From positions 56,980,001 to 57,044,000 of the forward strand of contig NC_086108.1 in the NCBI RefSeq assembly GCF_963921235.1: a stretch of DNA of 64,000 nt. The letters run 5' to 3'. The stretch is from Mobula hypostoma (taxonomy: Eukaryota). Below the pieces are notes generated by a model. The model did no database searches, was not told where the DNA came from, and saw only the letters and a program-made list of their open reading frames with translations. The position numbers were made by a program, and so were the translations under genes. Below, piece after piece: positions 13,103 through 22,854 of the stretch; the first letter of the stretch is position 1; each line of letters begins with the position of its first letter.

Positions 13103-15000
13103 TCAAAGTTCAATTTATTATCCAAATATATATACATACAACCTTATACAAACTTGAGATTTATTTTCTTGTGGGCATTCACAAAGAAACTCCATAGAAT
13201 CAATGAAAAACTGCATACAAGATAGACAAACAACCAATTTGCAAAAGACAACTGTGCAAATACAATAAAAGCCAAAATAATAATAATAATAATAAGTAAA
13301 TATGCTACAAATATTGAGAACATGAGATGAAGAGTCCTTGAAAGTGAGTCCATAGTTTGTGGGAACAGTTTAGTGTTGAGTTGAGTGAAGTTATCCCCTC
13401 TGGTTCAAGGACCTGATGGCTGATAGTTAATAACTGTTCCTGAGCCTGGTGGTGTGGGTCCTGAGGCTCCTGTACCTCCTTCCTGATGGCAGCAGCAAAA
13501 AGAGAGCATGACCTGGATATTGGGGGTCTTTGAGGCTTTCCTGTGACAGTGCTCTGTATAGATGTGGTCAATGGGGGGGGGGGAGAGGTGTTTCCCCAAT
13601 GGAATGAGCCATATCCACCACTTCTGTAGGCTTTTACATTCAAGGGCATTGTGTTTCCGTACCAGCCCATTATGCAAACAGTCAATGCACTCTCCACCGC
13701 ACATCTATAGAAGTTTGTCAAAGTTTTAGATGACATGCTGCTTCTTTGCAAACTTCTAAGAAAGTAGAGGTTCTGTTGTACTTTCTTTGTAATGGCACTT
13801 TATGAGCTGGGCCCAGGACAGATCCTCTGAAATGATAACACTGAGGAATTTAAAGTTGCTGATCCTCTCCACCTCTGATCCCGCACTGAAGACTGGGTCA
13901 TGGACCTCCAGTTTCCTCCTCCTGTAGTCAATAACTAGTTCCTTGGTCTTGCTGACATTGAGTGAGAGGTTGTTGTTATGACACCATTCAGCGAGATTTT
14001 CAGTCTCCCTACTATGTGCTGATTCATCACCACCTTTGATTCGGGCAACAACAGTGGTGTCAGGAAATTTGAATATGGCTTTGGAGCTGTGCTTAGCCTC
14101 ACAGTCATAAGTGTAATGCAGGTGGAGCAGGGGGATAAGCACACAGCTTTGTGGTGCAGCTGTCCTAATGGAGGTAGTGGAGCAAATGTTCTCAACTGAA
14201 CTGACTGGGATCTGCAAGTGAGGAGATCGAGGATCCAGTTGCACAATGGAGGTGTTGAAGCCTAGGTCTTAGGTCTTATTTACTAGTTTTGAGGGAATGA
14301 TAGTATTAAATACTGAACTGCAGTCAATGTAAAACATCCTGGTGTATGCACCTTTGCTGTCCAGATGTTCCAGGGTTGAGTGAAGAGCCAATCAAATGGC
14401 ACCTGCTATTCACTTATTGTGACAGTAGACAAACTGGAGCAAGTCCAGGCCACTCCTCAGGCAGGAGTTGATATGCTTCATCAGCAGCCTCGTAAAGCAC
14501 TTCATCACAGCGGATTAAGTGCTGTTGGACGATAGTTCATTGAAGCAGATTACCATGTTCTTCTTGGGCATCAGTATATTGAAGCCTGTTTGAAACTCGG
14601 ACTGCCGAAGTGAGAGGTTAAATATATTTATGAAAACTCCTGCCAGTTGGCCAGCACAGGTCTTCAGTACTCGGCCAGGTAACCCATCTGGGCCAGATGT
14701 GTTCTGGAAGGTCGCCCCCCTGAAGGATGCTCTCGCATTGGCCTCAGAGACTGAAATCACAGGGTTGTCAGGGGCTGTGGGAGTTTGTGAAGGTGCCTCC
14801 ATGATTTATCAGTCAAATGAGCATAAAAGGCATTGAGCTCACTGGGGAGGGAAACCTTGTTGTCACATATGCTACTTGTTTTTACTTTGCAGGAGGAGAT
14901 AGCATTCAATCCACAGCTTTCGAGCACACTCCTGTGACTGCAGTTTGGCCAGGAAATGCCACGTCACATGTGAGATGGCTTTCTGGAGAGTGTACCTGGA
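13103..15000 (-). mobile_element. Decayed Rex1/Babar-like LINE
   Basis: SGPDGLPGRVLKTCAGQLAGVF, NNLSLNVSKTKELVIDYRR and KTLTNFYRCAVES motifs; 3' tail near 13103. Confidence 0.85.
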
Positions 15001-15539
15001 CCTTTTGTACTTTACTTGTTCACCAGACCTGAACACCACTGATCTGGCCCTCAGCAGATTGCGGGTCTCTTAAAGTTAACTTCTGGGCCAGACTGCTGCA
15101 GATGAATTGAGTGACTTTTGACTTAATGTCACCCAATGAACTCAATGAGCAGGATTCTACAGCCAGAGAAGATTGTTATTCACTGGACACTGATTTTTGA
15201 AATTGAGGTTTCAAGAACTTCAGGGAAAAACCTATCTCTGCTCAGCAAACTAACTATGCCCATAAAGAGCCCCTCCTGTTTAAGGACTTTCTTACATCAA
15301 GCCCTACCTATAGTAGAAACTACATATATCAAGTTCTACCTACACTGACTCACTTACATTAAGCTCATCTATCTCATGCCCCATCCACCACTGACCAACC
15401 CAAAGCATGATCTACCCACAAGCCCTCCCAATGAGCTTTAACCATAACACGTTCCACAAGCAATAATCTCTGACTACAACAAGCCTTACTCTCCTTTGGA
15501 CAATCCACATCCCTAATCAACTGTCAAACCCTACCACCT

Positions 15540-15745
15540 AGCTGGAGGGGAGATGGGAGGCTGGAGCCAAAGGTATGGAGGAGGAAGGCAAGAGAAAAGA
15601 GGGAGGAGTGCGCAGAGAGAGAAGACATGTCTGGTTGGGAGGGAGGGACGAAGATAGAAAAGAATTGAGAAAGGAGTGAGTGTGGAGGAGGAGGGACAGT
15701 GAAAGGAGTAATAGTAAGGAGAAATAATAGGTGGAGGACAAGGAA
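15540..15745. repeat. Purine-rich low-complexity tract
   Basis: GA-rich run; accounts for the spurious L/S/P-rich ORFs 15524..15817 and 15538..15741. Confidence 0.7.
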
Positions 15746-16865
15746 CAATGGCTGCCAGAACAAGATTAATAACAACAGACTGAATCTTATGTCTGATCTA
15801 CAGCGATGGTCACCCATATTTTGTGTTAAGTACTAAAATGATTGTGGTACTAAATTAGTGGTTCCTTTCTGTGATCTCCAAGGAAGAAAACTTGACCAAA
15901 TAATAGTAAAAGTGGAGCTTGCAAGGATAATGACTGAGACTGACTTACTAAGGAAATAAGTAGATGATCTCCATGGGATAAGTCCTCAGTTGCAGAGGGG
16001 GTTAAAGAGGTAAATTGTGGAACATTGGCTACAATGATCCAATTGCCATTGATTTCCTAAGATGACTGCAAGGAACCAGATTCCATTCACCTCCTGGATG
16101 AAAAAAAATCCTGCTCAGATCCACTCTCAACCTCTTGCACATTATTCTAAACCTATGCCCTCTACTTTTAGATCGCCCTGCTATGTGGAAAAGTTTCCAA
16201 CTTTCTACCTAATCTTTTGATGGATATTCACTTTCCCGTACCCAAGAGCCTTATTGCTAATCTCAGCTTCCATCATAGCAGCATGACCTTTCCAAAGGGT
16301 CAAAGTTGTTTGTGACAGACTTTAACTTATAGCCAATGTTCCTTGTCCAGCTTCTTGTTGTAAGCAAGAACCAGCTTTCTGTTTTTAATTTAAATTGAAA
16401 GCAATAATCAGTCTGAAGTTAAAAGGACAGCTTTGCAGACAAACAGCACTGTCTACAGAACACAGGCTGCTGGCCCACAGACTGCTCAAGATGTATGGTT
16501 TACAAAATGAAGTGACCATGAGATATTCTGGTCTGCATCAGCTAAATACAAGACAAAGATGATGTTACATCAAACATCAAACCAGGCAACTACAGCTAAG
16601 TTATTTTCACCATTGTGATAGAGATCAAGGAAGGTTCCAGACCAAACCTATTTTGTCACTTAACACATTAAACATGGTCACAAATCAAACATGATCAATC
16701 AATAGTTGGAATATGTGTGTACTCAGAGAATCAGCTCTTACAGCATTAATTTTGGGTGTCTGGTATTTCTGTCCTCAGAAACTCTTAGAATAGCTGAGTG
16801 AACTACTTTGTCCCGGCAAAGATATCTGAAAGGCATCACCTGCAAATAATGTCAACTAGTAGCAA

Positions 16866-17310
16866 AACAGTATAAACATTAGAAAGCGTTGGGGATTGTT
16901 AGGAATGACAAGAAGAATGAAAGAAAGATGGGGTGACAGAAAGAAGAACTGGAATTCATTCCACAAACTTCAGTTTCTGCAACTGGTAACTCATTCATCG
17001 GCAACTCATTGGTATGTTCTTTTAGTTCATTAAGAATTGTACCTGTGTTTGGAAGTCCTTTGTAATGTATAGATCTTCTGGATATTGGAAAACTTCTATA
17101 AATCAAGAGTTTTAAATGTGTATTAAGAACAGTGTAAATATTAGGGAGCTTTGGGGATTGTTAGGAATGGCAAGGAGAATGACTGAAGATGGGGTGACAG
17201 AAAAAAGAACTGGAATTTATTCCTTAACCTTTGATCTCTGTGACAGATGACTCATGCATCTGCAAATATGTGCTAAGAACTATTTATTTAAATTTAAATG
17301 TGTATCATTA
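16866..17310 (+). repeat. Diverged direct tandem duplication (period 262 bp)
   Basis: aacagt(a/g)taaa(c/t)attag..ttggggattgttaggaatg..aagatggggtgacagaaa..gaactggaatt starts at 16866 and again at 17128; second copy is internally shorter. Confidence 0.85.
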
Positions 17311-17501
17311 CAAATAAAATAAACTGTATTTAAACTACCTCATTAGCTGGAAATATCTCCTCCTTGGCACTGAGAGGGGGACCCACCACTCAAATCGTGT
17401 TCATTGGCAGCTAGACTTTGCCACAGAAATGAGACAGGGAAGTAAGCTAGTCTTTGAAAAGCAGGTTGACATAGGTGAAGATACCTGTAGATACCTATAG
17501 A

Positions 17502-17808
17502 CGAGGGGCGATTGATAAGTTCGTGGCCTAAGGTAGACGGAGATGAGTTTTTAACTTCAAACTTTCTGCATAATCACTCAAAGGGTTGAACTGCACGTGC
17601 ATGTAATGAGAGCTGTATAACTCATCTCCTCCTACCCTAGGCTACGAACTTATCAATCACCCCATGCTGTGGACACTTCCTGGAGGTCCAAGATCCGCTG
17701 GACTAAGTGTGTAAATGTAGGAGGGAACTATGTTGAAAAATAAACGTGCTAGGTTTTCTAAAATTGCCGCCTTCTACCTTAGGCCACGAACTTGTCAATC
17801 ACCCCTCA
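17502..17808. mobile_element. Mariner-derived MITE (~307 bp)
   Basis: TIR CGAGGGGCGATTGATAAGTTCGTGGCCTAAGGTAGA matches TCTACCTTAGGCCACGAACTTGTCAATCACCCCTCA; TA on the right flank; mariner C-terminal remnant (TKCVNVGGNYVEK*) near 17702-17743. Confidence 0.88.
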
Positions 17809-18139
17809 TAGGATAAGGCTTAAAATCTCCTTTTGAGTTTAGGGCTTTGCTGACAGTGAGCCCAACACCATCACAATTTATGTCCTTTGTATCTTTGTTT
17901 ATCGCTATTAGGTCTTTCATCAGCCTCCTTTTCTCCAACAAAAACAAGTCCTGACTACCCAGTTTCTTCGCCTTCATCTCAGACAACCCTGGTGAATCTC
18001 CAATGCAGTTACATCCTTCCTACACTTTGGTGACCAGAACTGCACTCTAACAGCAACTCCAATAATGTTTTATGATGTGTATTATTATCTGCCTGTTTTT
18101 ACTGTATATTCTATGCCTGGGAAATGGAAGTAAGTATCC

Positions 18140-18680
18140 TGTATATTCTGCCTGGTTAGTCTGGAACCTTATGACATAAACAATGAACTCACCAATTTCA
18201 GGTAACGTGCTCCCACTCGGCCCCTTTCTCTCTCCTTCTAATCTACCTGAGCCCTCTCTCACACTCCTTTCTTTTCAACCCCACACCCCACGTTCTGTCG
18301 CTCAATTTCCTTCCCCTCCTGCCCATCATCTGCACACTGGTTCCCCTACTGTTCGCATGTGGCCACCCCCCCCCCTTCCCTTATCCACTTACCACCTTCT
18401 TTTCCTAATCTGCACTCCCTTTTTGCCTCCATTTAACACTTTAAAGTTTACATTGCTCGATCCACCCTCCCTTCCCCACCTGCCTCCACTACTAATCAAC
18501 CCTTCCTCACCTGGATCCACCTATCGCTTTCCAGTCTTACTGCTATCTCCCATCTCCTATCTCACTGCAGATGAAGGGTCTCGACCCAAAACCCCCATTT
18601 CTCTCCAGGATGCTGCCTGGCCCACTAAATTCCCCCACCTTTCGTTTTCGCTCCGGATCTGCAGTCTCTTATTCTGTAAG
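18140..18680 (+). mobile_element. Penelope-like element 3' end/pLTR
   Basis: IFCLVSLEPYDINNELTNFR* resembles the end of the PLE GIY-YIG ORF; followed by a CT-rich tract and gatgaagggtctcgaccc...gatgctgcctgg. Confidence 0.7.
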
Positions 18681-19360
18681 CTTTCTTCACCACCTTTCCA
18701 GCTGTGCCGCCACCTTCAGGACTTTGTGCACCGAGTCTCCTGTCCCTCAAAGTCTAACATAAATTGATAATGCATTAGGGTATAAGTTTTGTAACATATA
18801 TAACTCGTGTTTGTGTCCATTTCTAATGTCTACAGCGAATGTTTTATCAGCGTACTCAAACATTTTTAAAATTTGCTCTTGGGTTGTAGCTGACTTTGGA
18901 GGACCACTTTTATTGCGTTTCTATGCTCCTCGAGTACGTATTTAACGATGAAATTGGAAAGAAAAACTTGCAAATATGTCGTACTTTTAACAATGATTTT
19001 ATTATGTCCCGAAATGCTTTCCCGAGAGTTTTAATTAAACTTTTGAAAATATAGTCAGAGTAATACTAGGTGTCAAGACACCGATCCAACAGGTGCGGGA
19101 TGTTGTTCGAGGTGATGGTGCTTCTCTAATTTCGCTGCTCCAGCCCTTGGCGACAGACATTGCAGAGGAGCTTTGTTTATTGTATCTAAGCATTGTTGCA
19201 CACTGTTTTTTATTTCCCTTCAAACAAAACATGAATGGTAGTTGTTTCTAAGCATAACTTCGCGAAGCTGCAAATGACAAACCCGAACAATCAGAGGGAA
19301 GATGCCCGTTGACTGACAGATAGAGAGATCCAATGAAACGATGCGTACTGTGGTGAAGAC

Positions 19361-19540
19361 CCGCCCCTCCTCCGCCGGGCTGACCCTTTGTCCCCTGCAG
19401 GTCAGGGAGAGAGCGAACCCTTATTAGCATAATGAAAATCAGCCAATGGCGTGGGGACCATGCAAATATACGATGAAATACGATCAGTGGATTGGTGAGT
19501 TGGACTTGCTACATCCGGCCCATAGTTGTGGCTCCGCCCC
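19361..19540 (+). promoter_or_regulatory. GADD45A proximal promoter (GC boxes, octamer motifs, CCAAT boxes; no TATA box seen)
   Basis: CCGCCC at 19361 and 19534; ATTAGCAT 19423-19430; CCAAT 19443-19447; ATGCAAAT 19460-19467; ATTGG 19491-19495; 150-330 bp upstream of the ATG. Confidence 0.75.
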
Positions 19541-19689
19541 TTCCCCCGCGAGGGCTGAGTTTTGTGCAGGAACTGGTAAAAGAGACAGGACTTTAGAGTG
19601 AGCTCGGCTGCAAGTAGCAGTGACTCGGTGCATCGTTTGCAGGCAGAGGAAGCAACTGTAATCTGTGTAACCTCACTTGTTTAAACATA

Positions 19690-19730
19690 ATGACTTTTGA
19701 AGAACTCGCGGGGGATCAAAAAGCAGATAG
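19690..19730 (+). CDS. GADD45A: GADD45A coding exon 1 (MTFEELAGDQKAD-R)
   Basis: ATG at 19690 with A at -3; peptide resembles the GADD45 N-terminus (MTLEE...); GT donor at 19731; phase 2 joins exon 2 in frame. Confidence 0.93.
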
Positions 19731-19985
19731 GTAAAAAGAATGCTACAAAGCTAATCGATTGCATTTTTTAATTGTGAAAATGGAACAATGTTTGACGGAT
19801 ACGGATATTCAGAGCGTAGGGCTGACCTTTGATTTGCATTGAGCGTCGGTTTGGAATTTTTTTCCTCATATTTGATTCATTTTTAGAGGATTTTTTAAGT
19901 TATTCCCTTGCTGAACCTGGTAGTGTCACTGCTGAACCTGAAACTATCAGCGATGAATCTAATTAATTTCTGACTTTTCTGACAG

Positions 19986-20087
19986 GATGGATGTAGTGGG
20001 GAAAGCTCTGGAAGAAGTTTTGTCCTCCGCGTTAGCACAAGGCTGCATGACAGTCGGAGTGTACGAGGCAGCGAAACTCCTAAACGC
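19986..20087 (+). CDS. GADD45A: GADD45A coding exon 2 (MDVVGKALEEVLSSALAQGCMTVGVYEAAKLLN-A)
   Basis: Pyrimidine tract and CAG acceptor ending at 19985; GTAGGT donor at 20088; 102 nt; diagnostic TVGVYEAAKLLN motif. Confidence 0.96.
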
Positions 20088-20206
20088 GTAGGTGTCCATT
20101 TAAAAAAAACAGATTTGCCGCACGGCTACTTTTATTGGCATATTTTTTAGGGATTACTTGTCGTTTGCTAACGTCTTGATTTGTATATTTTTTTTCTTTT
20201 CAACAG

Positions 20207-20420
20207 GGATCCTGACAATGTTGTTTTATGTTTGCTTGCCACGGATGAAGGGGATGACGTGGACGTAGCGTTGCAAATTCATTTTACTTTGATACAAGCT
20301 TTTTGTTGCGAAAATGACATTAACATCATGAGGGTGAACAATATGCATCGTTTGGCGGAGATCCTCGGCGGGATGGACGGGGCAGACGAACCCAAAGATC
20401 TCCATTGCATATTGGTTACA
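20207..20420 (+). CDS. GADD45A: GADD45A coding exon 3 ([43 protein letters not shown]...DLHCILVT)
   Basis: Poly-T tract and CAG acceptor ending at 20206; GTAAGT donor at 20421; L7Ae/Gadd45-family core, seen in ORF 20181..20468. Confidence 0.97.
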
Positions 20421-20828
20421 GTAAGTGTTACCCTTTTCCCAGTAATAGCGTGTACAGCAGCCGAGTGACAGGAATCCTGCTTCTGTGTAGTTTCAAACAG
20501 TGCAGTTTCTGAAGGAGATAAAACAAGAAACAACTCCTTGCCTTCGTATAAGCTGATTGAAAGTAACTCGTGCAAACCCCACTTGTTGCACATAAAACAA
20601 ATCACAACAAAGGTGCTCAGATAGTTTTTTTAAATCTTTGCAGCTGGATGTAACTACTGTATCTCTAAAATTTTGCACCGAAAGATGGCATGTCATAATT
20701 CCACGAGAGGGGTGATAGGTCCGGGTATAGATAATTTAGAGTATAGAAATGGAAATGAATCAGTGACCGTATATTGGATAATATAATTGTTAACGCCATA
20801 TGGGTAACTTGTTTTTTTTAAATTTCAG

Positions 20829-20939
20829 AGTCAAATAGCACCATGGAAAGATGGAGCTTTGAACAAAGTCACTTGCTTTTGTAAAGAAAGCCGATACCTC
20901 GACCAGTGGGTCCCAATTATTAATCTGCCCGAACGTTGA
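20829..20939 (+). CDS. GADD45A: GADD45A coding exon 4 (SQIAPWKDGALNKVTCFCKESRYLDQWVPIINLPER*)
   Basis: TTTCAG acceptor; alpha-type C-terminus ESRYxDQWVPxINLPER; TGA at 20937-20939. Spliced CDS is 468 nt = 155 aa. Adjacency to GNG12 supports the alpha paralogue. Confidence 0.95.
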   Translation, partial: SQIAPWKDGALNKVTCFCKESRYLDQWVPIINLPER

Positions 20940-21570
20940 AGATCTTTTAATGGATTTTAATCACAAAATTGGATTTAGGAAATTCATTCACTTACGCGGG
21001 GTAGCTCCGAACGTTTTCAGAATAGCCGCCCGAAAAGTTGGCGTTGGGACATTAAGGTTGACTTTTTTTTTGCGGAGGGCGGGCTTGACTGGAGTTTCGT
21101 CTCTGTGTAATAATTGTCTCTGAAGCTGGACTATGACTCAGCTTCAGTTTGTGCCTGGAAATAGTAGCAATGAGTAAGCAGACGGGAACTGAAGCAAACC
21201 TTGAGCTGGTTTCAGTGCAGAGAGCATAACAATTTCCGGAAGAATTGTGGGAGAATTACGACTTTTCATTTCGGGAAAAGAAATACAAAAAAAATGACAA
21301 CTGGATGGATGGTGAACCGATGTCGTTGGTTTCATTTAGTTGTTCAGTAACAAGGTGACAAAGAACTGAAAGCAAAGTTTTTATAAGTGCAGACCTTTGG
21401 TGTGTTAAAGAATTTATAGTATTTCAACTGCAAATATGATTTTCATGCTGCTGTTATAGTATGAAATTAAATAAGTTATTTTTGTGATTTATATCTGGAG
21501 TTTTTATTATTTATGTTTAACTGAAGTGAACAGCTATACTTCAAATAAATTCACTTTGATAATTTATTAT
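20940..21570 (+). promoter_or_regulatory. GADD45A 3'UTR with AU-rich elements
   Basis: ATTTA pentamers at 20973, 21334, 21412, 21487 and 21509 (last one in TTATTTAT context), upstream of AATAAA. Confidence 0.65.
21544..21549 (+). terminator. Probable GADD45A polyadenylation signal
   Basis: First AATAAA after the stop codon, followed by U-rich sequence. Confidence 0.65.
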
Positions 21571-22854
21571 TCGTCCATTTACCCTGTAATTGAATTTTAA
21601 TTTGGTATAGTGGGAGCTTGTTTTGATTGGACACTGTTGCCACACAGTGCATTGGGACTGATTGCTGGTTTTAAATTGTTTTCATTCAGTACCTGTCTTT
21701 CTGTGTTAAAGGAAGATGCACAGAGATAGAATTTGAGTTCTCAGGATGCCTGTAATCGTATAAAATGGAGCAAAAAACTGCACTTGCATTCGGTAACAAT
21801 TCTGTAGCACGTGTGTTATTTCTAACCACTGCAGCTGTATCTCTAAAGACCATGACACTTGAAGACACTTCCCACATATAAAGTGCCCTGTGGTTGGTCA
21901 GTTAGTAGAAATAACAAAAACTAAAAGGAAAGCTTGCATGTTGAACCTATTAACATGGATGGAAGTGATAAACCTTGAGGAACCCAACTACTAGTGACGG
22001 AAAAACTAACCCATTTAACTATCTTGAGGATCATGTAACTGTAGTGAGAATTCCTGGTGGAGATGTTCAGTTAAGGACAAGAGTACTCTGAGATATTTAA
22101 ACATAATCTATAGAGAGAGAGAAAGGTATTGTTTATATACCTGCCTCTTATCACAGAGACCACTGGAGTGGTTGTCACCAGAAGTTAATTCGGATTTCCA
22201 GGATCTGCAGTGTTTTTCTGTTTACCTGTGATTCTTTACTCTTTGCCTGTCATCCCAACCATCAACACCCTAAACCAAAGCCAATTCCTGGACAGAAGTG
22301 ACCACAGGTAAATGTTCAGAGGATAACCTATGTCCACAGAAAGAAATTATAGTTCAACGGTGAGGAAGGGAGAACATAGATAAGGGCTTGGTGCCACCCA
22401 TATCCTGATGCTATGGTTTTGGATGATATTGGTTACGGGCTGCACTAGATATATATCAAGTGTGGAGCTTGGGAGAACACCAGGGTAACAGTGCAGTGAT
22501 AGGAAGTGAAAGCACTGATAGTGAATCTCTGGCAATGACTGAATAAATAAAACTTAAGTGAGTGTGCTTGCTTCTAGCCAAACAACAATGGAGAGTTATT
22601 GCAGGAAACAAAGGCTGGGGGTACAATAGCTTGAGGAGGGATAGCTTATCATTGCCAATATTGGATGCTGATCGTTTGGTTAAGAGCTGTTTCAGTACTA
22701 TGGCAGAAACAGAATTGGAAGTTCAATCAGGGACCTTGGAGAGGAAAAGGAGATTGGAGGCAGGGCAGTCATTTGAAAGGATGGAAAGTCAAATGCTTTT
22801 TTGAGGGGAGAGGCCGTGGCATAAGATCTACTGGAGAGAGAGAGATTTCAATTA

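Larger units (their letters stand above)
18800..21250. promoter_or_regulatory. CpG-retaining island spanning the GADD45A promoter and gene body
   Basis: Visibly more CG dinucleotides than the CpG-depleted flanks; essentially TE-free. Boundaries judged by eye. Confidence 0.65.

Noticed and set aside
13305..13751. ALKBH8-like gene (KTLTNFYRC..ES motif)
   Set aside because: This motif is the C-terminal part of Rex1-type LINE ORF2 and is contiguous with RT remnants.
18183..18767. 194-aa proline-rich ORF upstream of GADD45A
   Set aside because: It is a translation of the CT-rich Penelope terminal region.
19502..19511. p53 half-site GGACTTGCTA in the promoter
   Set aside because: No adjacent second decamer; single half-sites are common by chance.
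20181..20468. Single-exon 95-aa ORF
   Set aside because: It is GADD45A exon 3 read through its flanking introns.
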